64,000 nt of DNA from Hormiphora californensis. Lineage: Eukaryota; Animalia; Ctenophora. The notes under the pieces were generated by a model that saw only the letters and a list, made by a program, of their open reading frames with translations, was not told where the DNA came from and searched no databases. Location: positions 3,348,001 to 3,412,000 of the forward strand of contig CM035362.1 of the NCBI GenBank assembly GCA_020137815.1, read 5' to 3'. Both the position numbers and the translations under genes were made by a program. Below are positions 40,443 to 53,700 of this stretch, piece after piece (position 1 is the first letter of the stretch; every line of letters begins with the position of its first letter).

Positions 40443-42477
40443 TTAGGTACTGTTCTGTACTTACTTCTGTGTATGTTCACTGTAGTTCTTCCGTCTGTAT
40501 GCTGCGCATATACAAAAATATATATAAATAATTATCGACAACCCCGTGGGTTCCACCTAAGGGTTCACACCCGAGGGGGCCACTCACGAGCACTCACACC
40601 AGTGTCGACCAAATCGCAATGACGAAAGTCGCGATAGGGTCTCATACCCGACACTCATAGAAGAAGAAGGTCCGTAGCGGCGTAGTAAGGGGGGTTGGAG
40701 CACCTGTCAGGCCTCTTGCCTATGCTCTGACCACGGTTCTCGCGCGCTCTGCGAAATTAGAATAGGGTCAGGCCAATGCTCTGACAGTGGAGAATCGAAA
40801 GTTAATGAATAAACAGTGTTTATTAAACACACACATTGAGCAAGCTCAAACTGGTTGCCTTGCTCGAACGTTTTATTTCACGTTTAAACAACAATTTAGC
40901 TAATCCTCGGCGGGGTATGGGGCTGAGGTACTGCTCACACTTCAAGTTCGGATATACGCGAGATATCAAATTACCCGCCGGTGATTAGCTAAATTTAAAA
41001 CCAGATCCGAGACTCCTATCAGGTCGGAGGGCCCCGAATCACCTGAATCAGCTTTACCCTCCTCCCGTCCTCTAGTCACCCTAACCTCACTGTCCGGAGT
41101 AAGGTGACGCCAAATTTGAGGATGCCGAGAGATTCGTAGCAAGTTATTAAAGTCAGACGGGTTGCCAACCCGAAAAACCGCAGCGTCCTCAGTCATTTAG
41201 TCGAAATCAGGGTGGACCGGCGAGAAGGTAGACTTTTTGGACTTGATGAATGAGAGGGATGTGTTGCGTAATCGCTACAGTAAACATCATACAACCAGGC
41301 CCACTTCCACCCCATAAATAAACACACACATTGAGCAAGCTCAATTTGGTTGCCTTGCTCGAACCTATTTCACTGCCTTAAGGAGGGATAGAACGTTAAA
41401 ACAACAATTTAGCTAATCCTCGGCGGGGTATGGGGCTGAGGTACTGCTCACACTTCGGATATACGAGATATCAAATTACCCGCCGGTGATTAGCTAAATT
41501 TGTTTTTTAAAATTGTGTTGATCGGAATTAAATCAACTGTTCCAGATAATACAGATAACTTAATGACTGCTTTTGTCTTTTTTCATCGAGTTGGACATGT
41601 AGACTAGGGTAGGCGGACTCTAGTGCTAACGGACTCTATATCTAAACCCAAGGAGGACTCTATATCTAACCCTAACCTTAACACTAACATCTAAACTCGA
41701 ACCCAAATAACGGCCCTAACACTTCTAGATGAGTATAGAAACACAGCAAACTCTCGTTTCCGGCCGAACGGCCGAAATCTCGCGTTCGCTTTTCGTGATT
41801 TTAGCACTAGAGTCCGCTTACCGTAGACTAGATGCTCGAGCATGCTCCAGAAGATCTTTTGACAATTTAAGACAACTAGTAAAACTGGGGCGAGGGATCT
41901 GTTTCTATTATATCTTTTTTTCTCTGTCTTACTCTCTATCTCTGTGCTCCAGAAGATCTTTTGTCAATTTAAGACAACTAGTAAAACTGGGGCGAGGGAT
42001 CTGTTTCTATTATAATATCTTTTTTTCTCTGTCTTACTCTCTATCTCTGTCTCCCTGTCTAGTGCCTCTCCCGGTCTCTGTCTCTCGCTGATGCTATATG
42101 GCATATGCTATGTGATGTGATCCCTGTTTTTTCTCTCTCTCTCTCTCTCTTTCTCTCCTTTTTATGTATGTGATGTGACCCCTCAAGTTCGCAAGCAGTT
42201 CTCAAGCACTTGTGATACGTGATACCTACGAATCACGTCGTCACACTGACGGATCACGTCGTCACATTGACAGATCACATCCTCACGCTGACGATAGGAT
42301 GTCACATAAAGTTAGATGAGGACCTGCATACGCCCTGGATTTGTTGACTAATCAACAACCCTGAATTGGTGACGGTGCAACCGGTCAAGTCTTTATGCGA
42401 CTTCCACCACAATTGTGTTTCTTGGCCTGGGATTGGCCCCAGGACGCTTGCCAGCGCTGTGATTTTATCATAAACCG

Positions 42478-42891
42478 TTGATATGTATCTTCTATATAAA
42501 CCACGCACCTACTCCACCTACTACTACACACCAGTCCTTCTCCGATTCCTTACTCGACTCCTGTGGACCTGCTGCTGTCACTCTCTCCAAAACCTACTCC
42601 AAACTCCAATCCAAACTCGTCACCTACTCTTGCCACATTTCGTTCCTCAAATCATGTCGTGATCATCACTTTGTTCCGAAAGGCCTTTGCCTAAACGGTC
42701 CTGTTAGCTCACCTCGTGCATCTGATATCATCAATAAAGCATCTGAACTACTCGTCACTGAACGTTTGAACTTCTATCGCAAATCCTATTCATCCACTGA
42801 ACGCAATGCCAACAACACTGCCCTCAAACTCACCCCATTGTTGTCCACACAGATACACAGTGATCTCGAAAGCTTCTGTCAATTTATTTGA
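42478..42891 (+). mobile_element. Penelope-like retroelement N-terminal ORF fragment
   Basis: KLVTYSCHISFLKSCRDHHFVPKGL...ASDIINKASELLVTERL resembles the H-x-x-FL-x-x-C-x4-PKGL N-terminal motif of Penelope-like ORFs. No RT or GIY-YIG region follows. Confidence 0.65.
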
Positions 42892-43938
42892 TTTAGTACC
42901 ATTATATCGTTGTCTATCTTGTTAATTCACGCATAAAGAGTTCAAGAGGTTCACAAACTCTTCATGGTTATGTTATACAGTTTGCAATTGTTCACTCGTT
43001 GGAATTTCCAGTTAATATATATTTCCAGTTAATATATATAGCTTTCCTTTAGCTCAGTACTTATATTGTCCATTGTATAGCTATAGCTACTCTAGCAAGT
43101 GTAGTATTACAGCTCCTTTATAAAGAAATATATTTTTCTTTTCAGGTGTGTGCACTGTGCAGTGTTGACCTGTCAGAGCATTGGCCTGACCCATTCTCGT
43201 TTCTCTCAAATAAGCGAGAACTGTGGTCAGAGCATTGGCCTGACAGCTGTGTTGACCATTACATATGTTTGGTTTGGTTTGAATCGCTGAGTCCATTACA
43301 TATATTTTATTATAATTGACATTCAAGAGCGAGGTTAGAACTCCGGCGTGTCTCCCCCTCCATAGTTGGTTGAGTTAAAGGGGTCTCACCCGGCCTAGTA
43401 CTCAAAAACGATTGGTTTCACTGTTTTACTGTCAGAGGATTATCATATTCTCATTATTATTATTATATACCCTGCTAACTTAAATAATGCGCCAGTGGCG
43501 AGAAGTCCCACTAGCGCGCTCTCAGTAAACAGCCAGTCCAGCGGCAGATTATTTCCCACTGGCAGGTTATTTATTTTTAACTCCTACGTAACATTCAAAG
43601 TGTGTGTAAATGATCAGTTCTTACTAAAATACAGAGGGAACACTTACACACTACATTGGAGAGAAAGAAAGGACACATTCCGTCAATTACTCTCTCTTTA
43701 TCTCCCCTTTTGTCTCACTATCTCTTTCTTTGTGTTATTTGTGACATGCCCCTTATCAGGCTATTTCTTTCACTCTCTTTCCTTAGCAACTGCTTAGTAA
43801 CTGTTACCAAACAGTGTACACTCAATTGTGACGTGTTTTTAACTGTTTCTCAGTTCTCTTTGTGTGTTTTGATTAGTGTTCTCTCTCTTGTTGGTGTGTA
43901 ATACTTGAAATAAACAACTAAAGCAGGGTATATAACCC

Positions 43939-44124
43939 ATAAACTCTGACCACTGGCACGTTATAGGTTTAAACCCCTCCGCCTCTCCCTCGGCTCCGCC
44001 TCGGGATCGTCGTCGTGATTTAAACCAGTTTATCCGCCAGCGGCGGATAAACTCCAGCTAACTTCTCCCAGCGGCGCGCTGGGAGAAAGTTATCTGAAAT
44101 AACGCGCCAGTGGCCAGAGTTTAT
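43939..44124. repeat. Short foldback/MITE
   Basis: ATAAACTCTGACCACTGGCACGTTAT...ATAACGCGCCAGTGGCCAGAGTTTAT. Confidence 0.75.
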
Positions 44125-44464
44125 GCCTCATATATTCTAATTTCTTTCTGCACACGGAGTGCACGAGAACTCAGAACTGATCAGCTGTAGTCAGAGCATT
44201 GGCCTAACAGCTGACCAAACAAGTGTTTCGTCAAGTTGAAATCTGAGATAGTTAAACGTTTGATTAAATATGTTTTCAATCTTTGCCTCTAATGGGGGGG
44301 GGAACAGTCGTGCCTCAGGTTCAGGCCACGGCTGAGATCCCAGGTCTCAGTGGAAAATTGCCGTGGCCCGGACCTGAGGTTCAGGCGCGACTGTTTCCCC
44401 CCAGATCGATCTAGGGATATTTTTATATTTTTACAGTGTGCTCCAGGTACTCCTTGTTAAGTAA

Positions 44465-44925
44465 TAGGGGAGAGACACACTGAAGTTGAGCGCGCTCGTT
44501 CAAATCTCAACCTCGCGGCACACACTGAAGTTCGAAGTTCGAAGTTTTGCGGAAAAGTTCGAAGTTGCGGGAAACCCCTTCTTCGGCTGAGAAATCATTT
44601 GTAAGATGTTAACTTATTTACTGGTACATCTCTCGAGGTGTCCTTTATCCATACCGATTACCGAGTCAATTTCACCGTTTTTAAAATTTTTGGTGAATTG
44701 GGACAACTGTGACCGGATTAGCCAAAAATTTCAAAAACGGTGAAATTGACTCAATATGGATAAAGGACACCTCGAGAGATGTACCAGTAAATAAGTTAGC
44801 CTCTTACAAATGATTTCTCAGCCGAAAATGAGATTTTGCGAAACTTCGAACTTCAAACTTCAGTGTGTGTCGCGAGGTTGAGATTCGAACGAGCGCGCCC
44901 AACTTCAGTGTGTCTCCCGCCCTAG
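44465..44925. mobile_element. Foldback element, ~460 bp
   Basis: GAGACACACTGAAGTTG...CAACTTCAGTGTGTCTC; arms about 220 bp. Confidence 0.88.
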
Positions 44926-46093
44926 GAAGAGAAAGAAAGCTCTTCGACGCAGGCCTCTAACAATAACAAGATTGATATTTGATCCCCTGCGCAGGGAGAT
45001 CAATCTTGTTTTTGTATGGGGTACTTCATCTTTAGTTGCCTTCAGCTCTGTTACCCAGTACCTGTATGCGGATTTTTGTCGACTGTATCTTTTCTAGAGC
45101 CGCGGGGTTTAGCAACAAAACAGTGGCACCTCGTGTAGGAGTGAACTAATTTCACCCCCGACGGAGCTTGGGTCAGGGATAAGAGAAACGTGGGTATGGT
45201 TTTTTTTTCGCTTTTTCGCTATGGACGTCATAGGAACCTGAGATACGTCGCATCACCCCTCACTTTAGCTATAATAGTACATGCGGGCTTTAGTGGAAGC
45301 ATTAGGGTGAGCTCCGTAAAACAGTCCAACCGACATACACGGAACCCGGTGATTAGTCGTGGGTATCATGGTATGCGGTAAGAAAAATGATATGGGGGTG
45401 AAGCAGAGACTCCCTCCTGGTCCCTGACCTAATATAATAGGCCATGTGATCATATTACAATTTGTATGTGATCTTCTCCCTATCAGCTATAACCATTTCC
45501 ATTTCCCTTTTTGTCACCATTTCCATTTCCCTTTTTGTGATCACCATTACTCTTTGTTTGTTGAAGGGGCCCTTCCTCGTATAGGAACTTGACCTTTCCC
45601 AGTTTGATCCCAGTATCCCACATCTTTCAGATCTGAAATAAACAATTGTTTTTCTTTATTATCCGGCTCTATGGATTGAGGGAACTCATACGACTTGCCT
45701 AGCTAGACTCTGTTAACAGAGGATTAAAACATAACAATTAGGGATTCCGATTGAGCACTGTTATAATTGGCACACGATTATACCTCAATAGTCAATATCG
45801 ACACCACATGAGGTACCCGGGCTGTCTGAAATACTATTACTGCATCAATTGATAGCCATTTCAAATGTAAGGAGTGTGTAATATACATCTTGAGGGAGAC
45901 GCAACTTTGTCAGCAAAATCTATATACTACATAGTGACTGCCTCATCACTTGTATCGACTATTTTAGTAGGGTAGTTTAGATTTGACTTAATGGGGATCA
46001 AATGGTGTGTTTGATTTTATAGTTGTATGCCTGGGCTGATGAAAATTCCTCTTCAAAGCCCTCTTTGTTTACATACCTAACCCCGATTTTATG

Positions 46094-46107
46094 GTTGCCA
46101 TGGCAAC
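46094..46107. promoter_or_regulatory. Perfect RFX X-box consensus palindrome
   Basis: GTTGCCATGGCAAC; near-perfect copies at 3264-3277 and 54861-54874. Function unproven. Confidence 0.35.
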
Positions 46108-46797
46108 TGAGCCGGTAACTATGAATACTGAATTGTTTTCGAAAATGGTCACAAGCTTCCAGTTTCAGTACTGGCTTCTATTTACGTAGAAATGTGTTTT
46201 GGGTGACGGATGTGTACTGTGCATGTGTAGTCTTCTATAAATTGTATAGGCTTCTTTACATATAGGCTTTTACGACTGTCATACGATCCTACTACATATA
46301 CCGCCCCTGCTCCACATATAAATATGTGGAGCAGGGGTGTTGTCAGTGATAAATGTAATATTGTATTACACTGTCGTTTTCAGGTGTGTCTTTTTATGTT
46401 CTAAGTTCTACCTTTGGATTGAATTGGATTGAATTGTTCATACTTTCTTTTATACGGGATCAGCACGAACACAGTGTCGGGCGACTCAACATTTGGATGA
46501 GGCGCGGCAAATGTTATTTTGTTGAGTAACAGCTCTATTATCGCAATAATCTCGAAACTCTTGAAATATGATATCTAGGTATTTCATGCCTTTTATCTGG
46601 GAGACGCCTTTTATCTGGGAGACGCCTACTGCGGCCTTTAGCAGCTTAAGGTTTCCTTCGTAGCGCCTTTCGACAGTTGAAGCTTTTAATAATTTACCTA
46701 TTTTATATTAATAATTTACCTATTTATTGCTTCTTTGGGTGTAACGCAGTTAGCATTGTATCGGGAAGGTTCACTTTCTGTTATACCACTCACATCG

Positions 46798-47265
46798 CAT
46801 TGGATACCATGACAACGTGACACTGCATTGGATCACGTTACCATGACAACGTGACACTGCATTGGATCACGTTACCATGACAACGTGACGTACTGCATTG
46901 GATCACGTTACCATGACAACGTGACAATGCATTGGATCACGTTACCATGACAATGTGACACTGCATTGGATACCATGACACCGTGACACTGCATTGGAGC
47001 ACGTTACCATGACAACGTGACAATGCATTGGATCACGTTACCATGACAACGTGACACTGCATTGGATCACGTTACCATGACAACGTGACACTGCATTGGA
47101 TCACGTTACCATGACAACGTGACACTGCATTGGATCACGTTACCATGACAACGTGACAATGCATTAGATCACGTTACCATGACAACGTGACACTGCATTG
47201 GATCACATTACCATGACAACGTGACAATGCATTGGATCACGTTACCATGACAACGTAACAATGCA
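46798..47265. repeat. 34-bp minisatellite (about 13-14 copies) with an X-box-like palindromic core
   Basis: Unit CATTGGATCACGTTACCATGACAACGTGACACTG. Confidence 0.95.
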
Positions 47266-47536
47266 GTCAGGCATATATCGTTGAATCAGTCTCACACAGT
47301 TGAGCGGGATATATCAGTGATCACACGGATCATCCCTACCAGGAACTGTCATAGCACGTAGTACAGCTGACCTGGGGCTCTTCTTCAACGCGGAACGAGC
47401 GAGAACTGGAGTTGAAGATAGCCTGAGTTGTTATGACTTGTTATCTTCTAAGCCTCCCTTTACATTTGTAAAGGTAGGTGTTTCGGGTGCGGGACACCCG
47501 AAACACAGTCTAGCCAGGCAAAGCCTGACAGACCAG

Positions 47537-48681
47537 GGGCTCTTCGACGAAACTTTAAGCACACTTAATAAATAAGCTCTCTTTAGAGTTACACAAGGAA
47601 AATTTTTCAGACTTGTCTCGAGAGGGGTGTCGTCGAACGCTTTCCAAAACCTCACTTTAGGTCCTTGGTGTGAACCACGTGTATACCACGTGAAGCCCCG
47701 GATCACCCCTCGTGTATGGGTGTAGAAAACCAATCAGGGGATCGAAACTGGACACGTGATAGGATTTCCATTACATGGGTTTACACAGGCGTCAATTTGG
47801 TCACGTGTAGGGTTCACCAGCCAATAGTGTTAGCGAGATATCACACCAGATTGGGGGTGAAGAAGAAGTTTGACTTCCATTTCTCAAGATTCAAGAAATT
47901 TCAAATCTTCAAAACTCTTACTGTTACAGTAGCTGGCAATGAATGTTATAGCGGACAAATAGAGATCTAACATTGATTGTTCATTATGAAAAATCAATAA
48001 ACCTATACACTCCTTTTTGTAAGTTGCAATATTATTTAGGACGGGTGAGATGAATACTGAATAGATAGTCTGCTAGATGAAGAGATAAACAGTGAAAGTA
48101 TAGTAGTAGTTCACTGTTCATCTTGTCCTCCGGGCCAAAAGGAAAAAACTGAATTCATCCACATCTTATCTGTGAGAGTCTAATACAGATGGTGTATGCT
48201 GTATGGGCTTGGCTGAAACCCCAAACTAGTGCCTCAATATTGTGGTTGAGTAGAGATAGCTAACTGGGGGACGAGGAGTGCCATTTTATCTTTTTTCTAC
48301 ATGCGAGAAGCAAAATATACACTGTTTTGTAGCATCTTTTACTTGCCAGCGCTGTCTTGTCTACCATTAAGTCTCCTCTGGAGGAGACTTAACAAACCTC
48401 ACTTTTCTCGATATTTGAGTGAGATATTGCGTGAACTATGACGTCATTGTCGCTTCAATTTGGCCCAAATCACGTGATTTTACCACGTGATTAGGGGTTA
48501 CGCAAGGTTTGGAGAGCTTGTGTAAAACTTCGCTTACTACCCCTCAATTTTCACTAAGCAAGATTTCTAAAAAGTTTCGTCGACACAAACCATGCTTAAG
48601 GGGTGTGAAAATCAATTAGAAGGTGTGAAAGGAGAGTTACGCAACGTTTTTTAGTGTGCTTAAAGTTTCGTCGAAGAGCCC
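47537..48681. mobile_element. PIF/Harbinger-like TIR element with 3-bp CAG TSD; inverted partial relative at ~49230-49806
   Basis: CAG-GGGCTCTTCGACGAAACTTTAAGCACACT...AGTGTGCTTAAAGTTTCGTCGAAGAGCCC-CAG. Confidence 0.85.
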
Positions 48682-50181
48682 CAGGAAACTATTGTATCGT
48701 TCACGCAACTACTTTTTAAGTATCGTGATACGTTAGTATGCCTTTTGACTGACCCGTCGTTATAGTTTATGAATAAATGCATGACATTCCGGGAATATTT
48801 AACTTTCTCTACTCTCCTCTCATCGCTCGCGGCTGGGAGCCTGACTCTAGCTTCTCTGCGCTCTGACTAGCCTCGCGCATCTCTAGGCCCACGCGGAGCG
48901 CATGAGGGGAACGAAGTCGCCGAGCGCAGTAGAGCGCTGAATATGGACGGCGCGCTCTAGAGCTATGGCGTCGAACATATCTTCCTCTTCCCTCTATCTC
49001 TTCTCTCATCCTCTCTGCTCTCTCCTCTTCTCTCTCTGCTCTCTCTACTCACTTACTCATCATCTCTATCTTGCTCTCTACTCTATTCTCTCTCATCTCT
49101 CTTCTCTCTATCTACTCCTCTCTCTCATCTCTCTCTCTCTCTCTCTCTATCTCTCTACTTTCATATGTTATAGATCTATTCTATCTATATCGCACTATCT
49201 CTGATCTCCTTACCCTGTCAACTCTAATTTCATTAAAGTTCGAGATATCTTTCAATATCCTATGATTACCCCTAATGTGTAGAATTTAATTGCAGTAACC
49301 TTCAGGAGTTGAGAAAATTTTAAGCAACTTAAAATTGCGTACTTTTTATTGATTTCCTAAGCATCGTTGGTCAGAAACTTTTAAATCGGAATATGTGGTT
49401 TACAAGCTCCAATTCAATCCCTGGAAAACAGATTTGGGCCAAATGACTGTCATAGTTCACGTAATATCTCACAAAACAGAAAGCAGGGAAGGGGTTTTTG
49501 GGGGGTTTTTTTTTTTTTAAAAAAAAACCCCCCGGGCCCCTGGATGTCAACTTCTTTCCCTCTGGTCTGATATCTCAGCTAACACTATTGGCTTGGTGAA
49601 ACCATACACGTGACCAAATTGACGCGCCTGTGTGTAAACCATGTAACCATGGGAAATCTATCAGGGTGTCCAAAATTCGATCCCGCTGATTGGTTGTCTA
49701 CACCCATACACGAGGGGTGATCCGGGGCTTCACGTGGTATACACGTGGTTCACACCATGTTCACACCTTGTGTAACTCTAAAGAGAGCTTATTTATTAAG
49801 AGCCCCTGCAGAGCTTTGACTCAAACTGTAACTAAACCCTGAAATCAACTCTGCACGGTTGACGATTGTGGCTTGACTGGGATAGGACGGCAGCTTGCTA
49901 GCGAATACATGGGCTGTTCTGTCTTTGGTCAACGGCCGTCTTCAAGTACGAGGTGACGAGTGCGAGTCATCCGGAAACTGTGATAATTGGGGAAGAAAAA
50001 ACTGAAGCTAAGAGCGAAAGATCGAGTATCGATGAGAGAGAGATAGCGAGAGACGCGAGGAGAGACGAGATCTGACGAGATGCGCTCGTGATGCTCTCGA
50101 GCGTATGGAGAGAGTCAGTAGATGTCTTGCGTAGCGTTCGAGCTCGTCTGCTCTACTCGGCAAATAGGTCGCGAGTGAACA

Positions 50182-50325
<144 letters not shown>

Positions 50326-50784
50326 CTCCCTCTCTCTCTCTCTTTCAATCCTTCTGTTCGTGCTATTAACTTCCTTGATAACCAACGTTTGAGTTCGCAA
50401 GAACACTCTCAATATAATCTCGTTTGCTTGTTACTTTGTTATTGACAAACTAAAATATCTCAAGGCAAACTGCAGTAATTTGCATACTCCAATTTATCAA
50501 TTACATATTGTATAATTGATGAATTGGATATTGTTTTAATTTATATCATACAGTTCTGTCTGTCTGTTTGTTTGTTTGTTTGTGACCTCTGTCAGTTCTA
50601 AATTTGCACAGGATGATGATTTCCAGTTCAGTAAACCTATAAACTGTAAAGCCGTGCATGCACTTCTATTAGTTTCCAGTAATTACCCGTCGCACTAACA
50701 CCTAGTTTTGTACTGTAATTTTAACCAAAATCAAAAGTGTTAACGATTTATTCCCTACTAAAATTAAGGGATTATTTCAAGACG

Positions 50785-53700
50785 ATGGTCTTTAACAATC
50801 ACCGTTCGTTGCTTTACACTTTTATTTGTGTGGTTGTTGTGATTGGGACCCGTTACTTAGCAACGCTCTACCGCAATGTGGCAATAACCAAGGATGTTCC
50901 AATGCCCGGGGAGTCGAAATTTGCAAATGCTACTGGTTAGTTAAAGCAATCTTTAATTCATTAACTATTTAATACTTAAACATTTACTAGCCGATATATC
51001 GCATGACACAATTGATCGATATTCCCGAGTTAAACGATAAAATATTATTATTATTAATTAATTAATTAATTAATTAATATTATTATTATTAATTGATTCA
51101 GGAAAAACGGATGTTTTCTACTTTGATCTGGGAGGCACCATGTGCATGTGCGAGTGGAAGTGGGACGTTTACGAGTATTGGTCAAAGGTATAAAACTATA
51201 ATTAAATATGGACTGGGATGTGGCGGATGGGTGTAAAATTTGATTTATTAGATCTCATCCTTGATGTGGAGAGTATAGGGTGTAAACAGCAAAACAAGAT
51301 TAGTTCTAATCTTGTTTTTGCTGTTTACACCCTATACTCTCCACATCAAGGATAAGATATAATAAATCAAATATAATTAAATAGTTGATTTGTTTCCCGA
51401 ATTAAAAACACTAATTTATAAGTATGGAGGAGTTAAAATTTTAATAAAATCGATCTGCTGCATGCAGTGGCCGTTATGGAGCCCTAGGTGTTAATAACAA
51501 TTTACAAAACCGTTTTTTGGCAGGTTGTGTCTGGATTTGCGTTTAACTTTGCACACGTTATTGGTACTTTTGAGTTCTACGTGCTGACAGGCAAGTTGTA
51601 GAAACATTTGTTATACAGTCGGACCCTGATTTACCTGGTAATACCCTTTCCCCTGAGCATGCCGGTAAATACCGGTAAATCTGGGAAACATGTATAAATA
51701 TGTAATGAAAGAATTCAGTAACTCAAATTACATTTAACACAATATTTGAACTTGATTAATTCAACAGGTGAAACAAAGATTATAATAATAGCTGTGTTTG
51801 TCAATGAGATGATTGAAGAACTTTGGTTAACTTCCGGTTACTGGGGATTTACTCTTGATCCACCCATGGACATGGAATCCAGGTTAGTTGCTATGATATT
51901 GATAGTTCGTTGCTATGGTGCCGATACAGTTCGTTGCTATGGTATCGATAATTCGTTGCTACGGTGCCGATACAGTTCGTTGCTATGGTATCGATAGTTC
52001 GTTGCTATGGTATCGATAGTTCGTTGCTATGCAGTATCAATATAGTTGGTGTGAATGTCAGTTTTTGAGGTTCATGACAATAATTATTGTCATTTATGAG
52101 GTTATACAAATTAAATTTCCGCTTTTCAGGTACGACAGTTTAATAAGAGACACCATTTGTTGTTTCTTAGGTATAGCATTGGCCAAGAACTTTTGCAGAG
52201 TTTTTAGGGTGAGACATATAAATTTGAAAAAAAGAAAGCTCCCTTCTTAAAAATATATTAGTGTGTTAAATAATTGGATAATCGATTTTTTCTCTCACGT
52301 AGGTCGAACCAGTCCTCAAGGCTCCAATTATAATGGATTGGAATGTTAACAATCCCCATTCAATTGCTCGCTGTCTAAAGTTAGTCGTCCAAGGTAATTT
52401 GGTCTATAATACCCTTATCTAAAATTTCAGGTGTAATTGTAACACTAGGTGTCACATCACCCTTATCTAGATGCCTTATCTATACACCCTTATCTACACC
52501 CTTATCTATATCCTTATCTACACCCTTATCTACACCCTTATTTAGATACTTATCTATACACCCTTATCTACACCCTTATCTAGACTCTAATCTATACACT
52601 CTTATCTTTGGTTACGAAGTCACCCCTGTTATTATATTGCAATAATAACAGAGGGGTAATTTCATTACCAACTCTTATCTACACCCTTATCTATACACCC
52701 TTATCTACACCCTTATCTACACCCTTATCTATACACCCTTATCTACACCCTTATCTACACCCTTATCTACAATTTTAGGTGTAACACTCTGGCAGATCAC
52801 CCTTATCTACAACTCAGACCTGGGTCCGTTTCACTTTAACATTACCAACGTTCTTCTCGTTATCGCATATACAGGCATTATAGGTGTAAGTATAACAGTC
52901 ATTATGAAGTTGGTGACATAGACACCGTGCGCGACCAAGATCTCGCACGCACTAGGTGTTAATGTCACCAAATTATTACAAGGCAGTTACACTACTTTTT
53001 GAGTAAGGGTGTGTCCCCAACAACCCCTATACTCAACAACATATTATAGGGTCCCACTGACGGCCGTTTTGTTCCTCACGTCACATAATCTAATCTATAT
53101 TTGGCAGGTGATATGTATGTGGAATATAAACGATTTCCCTGACTGTTCGAGACACCATGTCATTGCCTGGCATGTCGGTTGGGCTTCATTTTCAGGACTT
53201 GTTTTCCTCTTTACAATCTACCCAATGTTAAACAGTGCCATGTACCTTATCGCAATGGTGGAATCGGTAGCTATGATCGCTCTTTATTGGATCGATCTGG
53301 CCGTGAGGTAAATAGTACAATTTTATACATTTTAGTACATTTTTATACATTTTAGTACATGTTTATACATTAAATATTTTAGTACATTTAATTTTAGTAC
53401 ATTTTAGTACATGTTAGTACATTTTAGTAAATTTTTAGTACATTTTAGTACATAACATGGTCCTACTACTGCAGGTATCGGTGGTATAACATGGATACGT
53501 TGATATTTGGTGCCACAATCAAGAGTAGCAAGAGCAGTGACACTCTGCTTCCCGAGATGGACAATAAAGTTTCCATAAAATGCTATGGGGAGGCCATTCA
53601 GCAACTTGAAAACCATGGTGTTAAAACTGTAAGTGACTTTAGTTATGTTACTGTCTACAATAGTTTACAGCTTTCTTTCGCTGCCTAGGGTGCATTGTGA

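Larger units (their letters stand above)
36732..41107 (+). repeat. Locally duplicated repeat blocks
   Basis: 36732-37125 matches 38709-39127 and 40232-40528; 37126-37230 matches 41003-41107; 40824-40995 matches 41320-41500. Confidence 0.8.

Noticed and set aside
46798-47265. CRISPR-like array of 34-bp palindromic repeats
   Set aside because: No unique spacers, no cas genes, eukaryotic context.
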